64,000 bases of DNA from Octopus bimaculoides (Eukaryota). The notes beneath the pieces are model-generated. The model made no database searches, was not told the origin of the DNA, and was given only the letters and a program-made list of their open reading frames with translations. Position numbers and translations under genes: made by a program. The stretch is from contig NC_068987.1 in assembly GCF_001194135.2 (NCBI RefSeq), forward strand, positions 4,524,879-4,588,878, in the 5' to 3' direction. Below are positions 25,628-37,700 of the stretch, piece after piece. Position 1 is the stretch's first letter, and every line of letters begins with the position of its first letter.

Positions 25628-27743
25628 TATATATAGTTATATATATATATATATATATATATAGTTAATTACCTTAATTGCTATTGGTTACAGTTAAGAT
25701 CTTGTTAATTGGTAGACTGACATGAAGAAACCAGCAATTTTAACAGTATTGCCTTCAAGATTACATCTTTCTTTGTTTTTTCCTTCTCTCTCGGTGCTTC
25801 AAGAACTTTCCATTAAGTAATGATATACAATACTTCTTTATTCTATGTGGAAAGTTTGCTTATAGAAATAGTTGTAACCCATACAAAGTCTGTTTAGAAA
25901 GATTATTGTTTCTATTGTTTATGTGCAACAGAATAGATCGGTGAAAGCTTTATTTACTGTGTTATTTGTTTTGAGATATCTCTTATGAATGTATGGTGTT
26001 AAACAACACAGAAATATATCAGCAGCAGATGGAAATTGTTGAGCAATGGTGGTTGTATTGCAAAATGTGCATTTCTGCCTCCTTAGGCTTCATCAGTAGT
26101 AGGTATTCACTAGCAACTGCACGATAAGCCAAAAATCAGCTGCTAGCAAGGTTTCGTTTGCCTAGGAGTATAATAGAAGGCACCTGTCCAAGCTGCGGCA
26201 CAGTGGTACTAAACCCATGGATAGGAAGCTAATTTCTTACGCATACAGTTACCCCCTGCACCTTTTCATACCAATGCATCATCATCATTTAATGTCTGAT
26301 GTTCAATGCTGGCATGGACTCAAACTGTGCGACAGAACCCAGCAAGCTGTGGGGCCACAATGAGCTCCAATGTCAGCTTTAGCATGAATTCTACAGCTAG
26401 ATGCCCTTCCTAATGCCAACCACTTAATTATAGAGTGTACTGGGTGCTTTTTCCAAAACGCTGGTGAATCATTACCTTATAAGGTGCACTAGACTCCCCA
26501 CCACCACCAAGTATCTGATGACCAATATTGATTATTTTGTAAAAGATATGTTTTATAAGAACACTTTGACATTTCAGTATTTATCACACGGAGGGAAGCA
26601 TCTGAATCGCATGGGGTGGAGGGGGAGGAGGGAAAAACACAAGGAATGGAAAGCAACATGCAACAAAGGATGCAAAGCAAAAAAAAAAATAAAATAATGA
26701 GTGAGAGAAACAGAAAATTTTTTTTGTTTATTTCAGATAATAATAATAATAATAATAATAATCACAACAATTATACTGTTATAGTTATTATTGTTGTTGC
26801 GGTTGTTGTTATTGTTATTGTGTTTATTCCAACAGTTGAATGAAATAGCTAAGCCATGGACAAACCAGCCAAGATGGAGAAGAATCAAATTTTAAAAGAA
26901 TGTGGAGTGAGGTAATAATGTAGTTTAACTTTCTCACAAAAACAGTTCCTGACCATAAAGACATATATATTATATATATATATGTGTGTGTGTATATATT
27001 TCTTTAGTTATTTTGTAGTTTAACAATTACAGGAGGAAGATATGAAAATATATATAGGATCAGAAGAGAAAAAGAATTGGTTTCCTTCAGAGAAAAGAAA
27101 AAGGGACCTCAGATAACCACTCAATGAAAGATAAAACTCTCTCATTATATAAATTAATTAAAAAAAAAAATATGAAAGTGCTTTTAAAGCCTTGCAAAAA
27201 AGATTTGAAAACAAACCCACAATTGAAGACGAAGAGAAAGACACAATTCTACTTCAAGACATTGGCGTTGGCAATATCTATTCTTAACCTCATCAGTAGA
27301 TTTAATGTGGCCTAAAATTAAAACTGTTACATATTTTTCTTCACAATATTGGCAAAAGACCTGTCATTCAGGATGGATAGGAGGCTATATGATTATATTG
27401 ACCCCTGAGTCCAACTGGTACTTGGTTTATCAGCCTCCAAAGAATGAAAGGCAAAAGCTGGCCTTAACGGAATTGGAACTCAGAACACAAAGTCAGAAGG
27501 AACGCCACTACATATTTGCCTTCAGTGTCTATGGTACAGTAGCTTCAACCATTCCCTTTTCAGCCAATGAGTATCGGTGGATGTATATACTACAATTACA
27601 TTAGATATTGTATTGAACATCAAAACAATTTAGAGGCAATATAACAGCTTTTAAGATGTTCAGATGTCAAATGGAGCATCCAAACAATTTAGATATACGA
27701 CAGTACTAAAAGATATTCTAACACTTAGAGCTGTTAGCTATCC

Positions 27744-27749
27744 TTTATT
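27744..27749 (-). promoter_or_regulatory. Candidate polyadenylation signal for the troponin I KQMSN* isoform
   Basis: + strand tttatt = AATAAA on the - strand, about 465 nt downstream of the stop at 28214. Confidence 0.35.
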
Positions 27750-28213
27750 AAGATTTCTTTTAACATACACCAGGGCATTATATATACATACATCTCACCA
27801 TTAAATTATACAGGTTATTGATTGCTTAGATATAATAATAACGATTATATATACATATACATACCGTAGATATATGACATGCATTAGATATATCTAGTAT
27901 GCAGATATACATATGACTATTATGTATATATCAACACTATTAATTGCTTAGATATACTACTGGTCATTACATTCACAACCACTGACCAGTAATATATACA
28001 GTTAGCCATTATATAAATATATATATATATATGCACACACATATATATATATCAACATTAGAGATATTTTGATAGCCAGGAGATATGTTGACTAAAGCAT
28101 ACATACATATTCTTAGCCAGTAAGATATATGATGTACGGACTACTGACCATTAGCTGAATAGGTAGATATACGGGCAAATAAGTTAACAAGGGGTGTTGT
28201 TCTGAATTCAGAG

Positions 28214-28231
28214 TTAATTCGACATTTGCTT
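28214..28231 (-). CDS. TnI: Troponin I terminal coding exon, probable (KQMSN*)
   Basis: cttattttctctcag|AAG CAA ATG TCG AAT TAA, phase 0. Joined to the previous exon it gives FDVR-KQMSN, matching the FNFR-NQLK pattern. AATAAA on the - strand at 27744-27749. Confidence 0.55.
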   Translation of the reverse strand, partial: KQMSN

Positions 28232-29238
28232 CTGAGAGAAAATAAGCAAAAACCTAGTGGTAATTGTTAGAGAGCCTCAATGAAAAAAAGAAGATAACGT
28301 CAAAGAAATTAAGAATTAATTTCATAAATTTAGTTTACATGCACAGAGGCAAGTCTGATCTTTGTAAGCAAAGAGACAACTATGGACATGTTTCAGTCTA
28401 TTAGCCCTCCTCAGTGTGGTATTGTCTACTGAAACTGGTTTTGTTCAATTGCCAATATTTATATATATANNNNNNNNNNNNNNNNNNNNNNNNNNNNNNN
28501 NNNNNNNNNNNNNNNNNNNNNNNNNNNNNNNNNNNNNNNNNNNNNNNNNNNNNNNNNNNNNNNNNNNNNNNNNNNNNNNNNNNNNNNNNNNNNNNNNNNN
28601 NNNNNNNNNNNNNNNNNNNNNNNNNNNNNNNNNNNNNNNNNNNNNNNNNNNNNNNNNNNNNNNNNNNNNNNNNNNNNNNNNNNNNNNNNNNNNNNNNNNN
28701 NNNNNNNNNNNNNNNNNNNNNNNNNNNNNNNNNNNNNNNNNNNNNNNNNNNNNNNNNNNNNNNNNNNNNNNNNNNNNNNNNNNNNNNNNNNNNNNNNNNN
28801 NNNNNNNNNNNNNNNNNNNNNNNNNNNNNNNNNNNNNNNNNNNNNNNNNNNNNNNNNNNNNNNNNNNNNNNNNNNNNNNNNNNNNNNNNNNNNNNNNNNN
28901 NNNNNNNNNNNNNNNNNNNNNNNNNNNNNNNNNNNNNNNNNNNNNNNNNNNNNNNNNNNNNNNNNNNNNNNNNNNNNNNNNNNNNNNNNNNNNNNNNNNN
29001 NNNNNNNNNNNNNNNNNNNNNNNNNNNNNNNNNNNNNNNNNNNNNNNNNNNNNNNNNNNNNNNNNNNNNNNNNNNNNNNNNNNNNNNNNNNNNNNNNNNN
29101 NNNNNNNNNNNNNNTCTCTTTATTTTTTACAAAACATAGCACTCAAGGGGGAGGAGAGAGAGGTGAAGGAGTGGAGAAAGGGGATCTGATGCAGGCTAGG
29201 ATGACACTATGGAGTAGAGATGTCTTCTGAAGCTTCCA

Positions 29239-29272
<34 letters not shown>

Positions 29273-29291
29273 CCACTGGCCTGCTTCTCAC

Positions 29292-29331
29292 CCTTACATC
29301 AAACGCCGACTTCTTCATGCACCTCATTCCT
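29292..29331 (-). CDS. TnI: Troponin I exon (switch/regulatory region), probable
   Basis: ttttctgttttgcag|A GGA ... AGG|gtgaga, 40 nt, phase 2/0, compatible with the previous exon. (K)GMRCMKKSAFDVR aligns loosely to arthropod KFAKLQKKAAEFNFR. A second in-frame donor (GAT|gtaagg) lies at 29298. Confidence 0.65.
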
Positions 29332-30214
29332 CTGCAAAACAGAAAACAAAAACACATGAATATCAAGAAAAACATTTTTGTTTTTAATCTTAAAACAAGT
29401 AAAACGCTAGACATTTTTTTTTTTTTTTCTAATATATCAAACATTGTTATCTTCCACCAGGTCAAGAAATTGAAATATCAGAACTTAATCTATGAGGCCC
29501 TTTTGAAGGGCTAGCATATGACCCCATTCCCCATTGAAGTCAGCTGCCATGGCTTTCCATCTAGCCCAGTCTGCTATTTCCTGCAGAAGACAGGTCTGAA
29601 ACCCGACAACTGAAGAAGGCCACTTGGAAAATAATCCTGGCAGCTGAAACTAGCTCAAGATGGCTCTGGTCGGAAAGTGACCGCAAGTGACCGCATGAAG
29701 AAATAACTGACAACACTCACAGAGAATTAACAGAAGATTCTATTACAACACATAGGAGCTTTAACTGTGTTGGTCTTTTACAAAGACTTACAACAATAAT
29801 TAGATGCTAAGAGAGACATACTGCTTGGAGATAATGGTAAGCTTACTGATGCAGCAAACTGTGGCTGGACCATCACAACTGGAAAACAACTGCACTATAT
29901 TCGTCATAACAAAAATGTCCAGTCTACTACTGGTCATCTGTTTTAGTCGGCTGGATGTGGTGAGAATGGAGACATAACATGAGGCTGCCTCAACGTTCTG
30001 CAATTACTGCCAGAAGCAGCCTTTTTATAGGGCACAAGGAGAAGATCCTAGAAGATTGAATCACGCAATGGTTTTGACACTGATTGGTTACTTAATAGCA
30101 GCCAATCAGGTGCTACAGTCTATTACATTGACCCCCCCACCACCACCACTACCACACTTCTTTATTGGTATTTATTTTTGCCCGGTGTGGTAACTATTCA
30201 ACCAGCTCACCACC

Positions 30215-30262
<48 letters not shown>

Positions 30263-31299
30263 GTTTCAAATTTTGTCACAAAATCAGCAAGACCAGGGGA
30301 AGGGGCCAAGTTGATTATATTGACCCCGGTGTTCAACTAGTATTTATTTTATTGACCCCAGAAACAATGAAATGTAAAGTCGACTCCGGCAGAATAAAAA
30401 TAATAATAATAATAATAATAACAATTACAATTTTGAATATTGACATGAGGTTAGAGTGATTTGAACTCAGAACATAAGATGATAATATCACCACCACCAC
30501 NNNNNNNNNNNNNNNNNNNNNNNNNNNNNNNNNNNNNNNNNNNNNNNNNNNNNNNNNNNNNNNNNNNNNNNNNNNNNNNNNNNNNNNNNNNNNNNNNNNN
30601 NNNNNNNNNNNNNNNNNNNNNNNNNNNNNNNNNNNNNNNNNAAGAGAGAAAGAAAAATGAACATACAGAGAATACAAGATGTGTTGAATATTCCAATGAA
30701 AGGTCGGGAGGTCAGTAAACACAGCATCTCCTTTGTACTTATATTAATCCTTTTATTATTTACATGAAGGTACATGGCTTAGTGGTTAGGGTATTGCATG
30801 CACAATTGCTAGATCATGGGTTCAATTCCAGGACTGAGCAGTTCAGCAAAAAAGACTGATAGAATAAGTACTAGGCTTACAAAGAATAAGTCCTGGAGTT
30901 GATTTGTTTGACTAAAGGCGGTGCTCCAGCATGGCCAAAGTCAAATGACTGAAACAAGTAAAAGAGTAAAAAAAAAAGAGTAACCTGTCAACACCTGATA
31001 TAAAACTATTGTCTTCTCCACACACATTCTGTTGAGGGTTTTTTCCATTTTCGTTTTCCTGTTCTTGTATGCAAGTTACCTGGCAACCCCACTTGTGCCA
31101 GTGACACGACAAAAGGCAGTCCGTACACTCTGTAAAGTGCTTGAAACCATACCAAGGATGATACTGGAGCTTGGTGTGGCCCTGAAAAACCTTCATTCCT
31201 CCCTATCTTCAAACACATTTTGTGCCCCAGTCATCAATTTACAGATATACCAGTTAAACATTATGGGTAGGCTATAGACACAGCATCTCTTCTTTACAC

Positions 31300-31716
31300 T
31301 TATGAGTTCACAGCTGTAGCCTACACCAGCGTCACATAACCAGCCCACTCAAAAGTACCTTGGACCATAGGGCGACATGCCGTGCTTGAGGAGACCTATT
31401 GAGTCAAGTACATCAAAATCAAATCAAATCACAATCAAATGGAAATTGTAGTTGTGATCCCTGTGCTGGTGGCACGTAAAAAGCATCATCCGAACGTGGC
31501 CGATGCCAGTGCTGCCTTGACTGACTTCTGTGCTGGAGGCACGTAAAAAGCACCCACTACACTCTTGGTGTGATTGGCGCTAGGAAGGGCATCCAGCTGT
31601 AGAAACACTGCCAGATCAGACCGGAGCCTGGTGCAGCCTCCTGGATTCCCAGTCCCAGTTGAACCGTCCAACCCATGCCAGCATGGAAAACGGACGTTAA
31701 ACAATGATGATGATGA
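31300..31716 (+). mobile_element. RTE-type LINE 3' end / RTE-tailed repeat ending in (GAT)n
   Basis: gtgcttgaggagacct...ggtggcacgtaaaaagca repeats...aggaagggcatccagctgtagaaa...ccatgccagcatggaaaacggacgttaaacaatgatgatg. Same tail in either orientation at about 255-545, 1250-1420, 1730-2220, 2960-3300, 8570-8960, 13190-13740, 23620-24070, 24780-24960, 25130-25400, 26275-26470, 32380-32580, 35800-36160, 62430-62620. Confidence 0.75.
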
Positions 31717-31776
31717 ATGACACCTGCAACAGGTAATAATAAATACAAGAGACATCAATGAATCGTTTTCACTTAC

Positions 31777-31818
31777 TTGGCTTCTGTTTTGGATACTTTT
31801 TTGAGAACAGGTTTGACA
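31777..31818 (-). CDS. TnI: Troponin I exon (inhibitory region)
   Basis: ctcttttacag|T GTC ... GCC AA|gtaagt, 42 nt, phase 2/2. (F)VKPVLKKVSKTEA(K) is the canonical GKFxKPxLKKV inhibitory peptide. Confidence 0.95.
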
Positions 31819-32784
31819 CTGTAAAAGAGGAAATTGAGAAATGATTAAGGTACGATTATAGAAAGAACAAAGTGACAAAAAAAAAATAAAGCGAGAGAGA
31901 GAGAGAGAGAGATAATGTTAATGATTTCTGTGATAATTCTAATTTTGACACAAGGCCAGCAATCTTGAAGGAAAGGCATGTCAATTACACTGACCCCCAG
32001 TACTTGATTGGTACTTATTTTATCGAACCTGAAAGGCAAAGTTGACCTCAGCAAGATTTGAGCTCAGAACATAAAGATCCAGAAGAAATTCCACTAAGCT
32101 TTTTGTCTGGAATGTTAATGATTCTACTGCTGGCTCATCTATGGTAATAAGTGGTCTTGTGAAATCTCTTAGCAAACCCTAACAGGTGTAGTTATAGTAT
32201 TTACATTTATTAGGCTGTGAGGTTCAGAAAATTGTTTTGCAGTCACATGGTTTCAGGTTCAATCCATGCAGTGGAACTGAAGAGTCTTTCTACTATAAGT
32301 CCATGCCAACCAATGCCTTGGAAGTGAATTTGGTTGACGGAAACTCAGTGTGGGAGTCCATCTTATAGAAATCTTTGTCTTTCAAGTCACTTGGTGACCT
32401 CACCAGTACTGGTGCCATGTGAGAACGCACTCTGTAAAGAAGTTGGTGTTGAAAAAGGCATTTGGCCATAGAAACCATGTCAAAGCAGACAGTGGAGCTT
32501 GGCAAGGTCCTTTGGTTGGCCAGCTCCTGTCAAACTGTCCAATCCATACCAGCATGGAAAACTCATGTTAAATGATGATATATATATATATAAAAGACCA
32601 ACTAAAGAGGTCTTCAGTCCACTAGCTAATCATGTTTTGGACATGTCCATGAAAAAAATCATGAAGTCTGAGTAACAATGCTATAAGTGGCAACTATAAC
32701 CTTGTATGCATTAAATATTTACTCTTCCAAAGATATTGAGTCTAGTTTCACTTTGTAAAATTACCATATACATAACACAACTCC

Positions 32785-32839
<55 letters not shown>

Positions 32840-33057
32840 NNNNNNNNNNNNNNNNNNNNNNNNNNNNNNNNNNNNNNNNNNNNNNNNNNNNNNNNNNNNN
32901 NNNNNNNNNNNNNNNNNNNNNNNNNNNNNNNNNNNNNNNNNNNNNNNNNNNNNNNNNNNNNNNNNNNNNNNNNNNNNNNNNNNNNNNNNNNNNNNNNNNN
33001 NNNNNNNNNNNNNNNNNNNNNNNNNNNNNNNNNNNNNNNNNNNNNNNNNNNNNNNNN

Positions 33058-33120
<63 letters not shown>

Positions 33121-33187
33121 TTCAAAAGTCATGTAGACAGAAACTGAAAATGAATTTAATAAAATATGAAGCAAGATTGATACTCAC

Positions 33188-33231
33188 AATTTGCCTCTGG
33201 TGTCATTAACCTTTATTGTGAGGTCATTGAT
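33188..33231 (-). CDS. TnI: Troponin I exon (end of coiled coil to GKF)
   Basis: tgttttcag|ATC ... AAA TT|gtgagt, 44 nt, phase 0/2. INDLTIKVNDTRGK(F). Too short for the ORF track. Confidence 0.95.
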
Positions 33232-34665
33232 CTGAAAACAAAGAAAGGAATGGTAAGGGTTAAGAATAGCAGTGAAACCAGCCATTACATTTCTGATAAT
33301 CAAGATGGCTTAGAGATGATTGTGGTTTTAAAACACTTGATTAGGTTACCATCGCTAATATACAAATTTCTGTTATTCCTATTGCAGGCTTAAATATAAA
33401 TATAAATAGCATAAATATGATAAGGAGGGGACAGTTGATTACACTGACCCCTAGTGCTCCATTGGGACTTATTTTATTGACTCAGAAAAGATGAAAGGTA
33501 AAGCTGACCTCAGTGGAATTTGAACTCAGAAAATAACCATAATATTCTTTGAACTGGTAGTTCAGCAAACCACAACAACAGCCCCAATACCATCACACTT
33601 TCTTTATAAGTCCAGTGGCAACAATGAATGTGACAACAGAGACACATAGAGGATGCTACTGAAAAGCTTCAACTTTGACGCTGCAAGCTAAATGATGGTG
33701 GATGTTTTCCACAGACCGAGAGCAGATGAGGATCTCATTGTGTCTTGCTAAGCCCTCATCCATTGAAATGATGAGAAAGTCCACCATCTTAGATTTAGAA
33801 CAGTCAAGATTTATTAATTTTGGATTTAAGTTAGAGAGGTTGAAGAATATTTGATTAAAAATTCTGATATTGATTACAACACAGCAAATTTTATTAATTC
33901 TATTTTCACATCCATCATCCATTCTATTCATTAAATATATGTCTGAGACTGTCTCTAATTCTATGACACAAATTCCTTGTTTTAAAAACGATTGGAATTA
34001 AAAAACTTCCATCAAAATTTCATGTCGCTGTCATTTTACTACATTCTTCATTATTCTCAAAATTAAACGAAACAAGGAGCATTTCACCAGAAAGGGTTAA
34101 CGTGATCTTCATTAAAACCTAAATGTTATTTTACTAAATTTACCATTCCCAGATCAATTATTTTCAAATCATTTCTACAAATGTTTCTACAGCAGAAGCA
34201 TAACCAGACAGCTTGCTGGTCACATATATTATTCACCAAATATTATGCGTATTATTTTCCTAAACATGATATATTTTATTTAAATAGTATTGAAGAGCAA
34301 TTATAATTACATTAATTTCTTTTGGCTAAGCAGAAGAGTAGCAACAGATGTTTTTTTAATAAGTTTTGGAATTGTCTCGGAATCAATAGCAGAAATGTTG
34401 AAATTGCTTGATATGAGCATGAAGCCAAAGGTTTTAGGCAAAGGGGAAAATAAGAACAAGTTATATTCAGCATTTTCTCAAAGGTGTGTAGATTGTAAAA
34501 TGACATGGTTCCAATGAAGAATTGGAACAACAAATTTTTATAAGGCAATTTAGTGTGCCATAATCTCTTGAGTATCGCAGAAACAGAGAGAGAAGGAGAG
34601 ACAGAAAGGGAGAGAGAGAGATACAGAGAGGCACAGAGAGAGAGAGAGAGAAAGAAAGAGAGTAC

Positions 34666-34766
34666 CTCAAATTCTTGTCTTCTGATTTTAAATTCACAAT
34701 CATAGACTTCTTCTTCAAGCTCTGCTGTTTTCGCATGGAGTTTCTTTACCAGATCTTGCAACTGTG
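34666..34766 (-). CDS. TnI: Troponin I exon (IT-arm coiled coil)
   Basis: ttttacag|CA ... GAG|gtactc, phase 1/0. (A)QLQDLVKKLHAKTAELEEEVYDCEFKIRRQEFE has the conserved LEEExYDxE motif. Confidence 0.95.
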
Positions 34767-37700
34767 CTGTAAAAAGATGTAGCAAAATTGGTAACAAGAG
34801 CGGAATCGGTGACTGGTAAAAACATAGTCAGGTCTGGTTTACCTTACCTTTTATTTAATCTCTTTTTAGCTGCTCCTGCTTCAGCAATGTTAAACATAAA
34901 GAATTTTTTTTAAAAAAAAACCTAGAACTTGGATTCATATTTTTTGGAAAATAACACTTTCAGAGCTGGAATTTAACAAATCTCTGGCATTTTATTTCTT
35001 AGGAAATAATATTCTTCAAATTTTGGAACAAATACAACAAATTTAGTGGCGGGTGGGGAGGGGGGTTTAATCAATTACTTTGGCTCCAGTGCTCAGCTGA
35101 TACTTATTTAACTGACCCCAAAAAGATGAACAGCAAAGTCACCCTTGATGGAATCTAAGCTCAGAGCAAAGGGAACCAGAAAAATACTGTTAAGCATTTT
35201 ATCTCAAAGATTTTTTGAGATAATAATTTTGGTTTCAAATTTTTGGTACAAAGCCGATAATTTCAGGGGTAATTTGGTTACATCGATGCCAGTGCTTGAC
35301 TGGTATTTATTTTATCAATCTCCAAAAGGATGAAAGGTAAAGTCAATCTCAGTGGAATTTGAACTCAGAACATAAGGAATGCTGCTAAGCATTTTGTCCA
35401 GCATGCTAACGACTCTGCCCTACCTTAGGTAACAATATTAAAATGCAGAAGTTATATAATAATAATTTTTAGGTCTAGTAACATTATCTGTAAGATAAAA
35501 CGTGTTTTTAGTATCCACATCTATGTTACGTTTCAACTGGTTTCATCTCCATATCTTCAAGTGTCTTAATCCTGAATGTAAATAAGGCATCAGGTAGGAT
35601 TTGTACCAAGAAATATCATTTCTAAATAGGCAAGGTGTGCATGGGTGTGTGGTGAGAAGCTTGCTTCCAACCACATGGTTTTGGGTTCAGTCCTATGGTG
35701 TGGCACCTTGGGTAAGTATCTTCTACTATAGCCCCAGATCAACAAAAGTTTTGTGAGTGGATTGGGTTAATGGAAACTGAAAGTTTATCATATATTATCA
35801 TCATCATCATCATCACCATCATCATTTAACGTCCGTTTTCCATGCTGGCATGGGTTGGATGGTTCCACTGGGGTCCGAGAAGCCAGGAGGCTGCACCAGG
35901 CCCCAGTCTGATCTGGCAGTGTTTCTACAGATGGATGCCCTTCTTAACACCAAACACTCCGAGGGTGCTTTTTATGTGCCACAGGCACAGGGGTCAGAAG
36001 AGCTGGCATCAACCACGATCGGTTGGTGCTTTGTACATGCCACCAGCATGGAAGCCAGTCAAAGCGGCACTGGCATCGGCCACATTCAAATGGTGTTTTT
36101 TATGTGCTACCAGCATGGGGCTCACAACTACAATTTCCATTTGATTTGATTTTGATTTTGATGTTGATGCACTTGGGATTTGAACTTAGAACATAAACAA
36201 TCATAACTAAATACTTAAAGACATTTTGTTTGGTGTTCTACCATCGCTGCCAATCCCCTGTTTTAATGTAGATATAAATATAAGGTTAATAACCTCAAAA
36301 ATTACATCCATTGATTTATACTTATAGCAAACAATATTTCATCTTGGAAGATATTCAAATACAAACATTGTTATTTTCTGTTCAGTTTCAATAACTTGTT
36401 TTTAAGAGAAGAAACATTTCCTTAAACATACAGCTTTAGTTTGTGTCATGATTCACTTACATCACAACTATAGAAATCTGTTTTCATTTTAGCTTTATTC
36501 ATTACTGTGAATTTCATTATTTGGCACCACTTGAAAACTTTGCCATTTAAACTGGCCATCTCAGGCCCAAATATTCTATTTATTTTATGCTCGAACCAGC
36601 CAGGTCCCGCCTCTCACACCTAACTTAAAATGTCGAAATCGCAAAGCTATGAGATAATGAATCATTAATTCAAAACAATGTGAATAAATAAGCATTAGAC
36701 AGAGTAATCTGAATGCTAAAGGTTTAAGACATTCTTTGAATCTTTTGAGAATGTTGTGGCACCCTCCAAACACTGGACTAACTTCTTGGCAATTCTTGAA
36801 ATAGTTTCTTAACAACTGATCTTTTGTTTTTGTAATTAATTATTTTGTAAGCGTTTTACTCAGTATAATTTACAGAAAGTATTGAGTAATTATTTCAGTT
36901 TGAAGTGTATAATTGCTTTTGTTATAACTTGACATAAAAACAAATATATGTATGTGTGTCTGTGTGTGTGTCTGTGTGTGTTTTTTTGTGTCCGTGCGTG
37001 TGTGTGTGAGTGAGCATTTGTGTGTGTGCCTTCAAGGCAACAGAAACCAGAGTGATGGTCAATCCCACATCTAGCAAACATATAACATAGGACCACATGT
37101 AATCTGGACTAAGCTGGAGCCATCCAACAGCAAAGAGTTCTATACCTTATATCCTTGCAGAGATCGTCGCAAGTTAAGGTACGTATTGTGTTCACTACAA
37201 CATGAAATACTGATTTTGTGATTTGGTTGCAACTGGTACTTACTACACCTCTACATGGGGGCCAACAAATCTGCTAGAAATAGTAACCAAATTCTTTCAT
37301 ATATTCTAAATGCAGTGAAGGTCACGTCTAGAATGCATTTAATCCTGGGTCTGTCAGATCAAAAATGACCGTGGGTTAAACACCCCACCATCATTACCAA
37401 TAATAACATCCAACTACTCACATGCTATAGGTCTATTTCAGCTTGAGTAACGCTGAGCTTGAGCTAAGCAACAACATCAACAATAACAACAAGAGAAATA
37501 ACAATAGAAAGCATACAAGAAGAGACTNNNNNNNNNNGATAGAAGCAAGAAGACGGAATGAACAGGCTTTAATCACAAATCACAACAATTGTTTCTGTGC
37601 AATGGTAACAACTGTTAGTTGCTGAGTTTTCCTTGTCATACTATTACATAAATTATTTTATAAATAATTACATAAATATGATCAGGTGTGCAGCTTTGAG

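Noticed and set aside
25755-25815. - strand NGKFLKHRERRKKQRKM*, resembling GKFVKP
   Set aside because: No acceptor, and the true inhibitory exons were found at 33188-33231 and 31777-31818.
34847-34905. Strong - strand donor AAAAG|gtaagg after AEAGAAKKRLNK, about 80 nt upstream of TnI exon 34766
   Set aside because: No acceptor/donor pairing preserves the TnI frame; all combinations shift frame or hit TAA.
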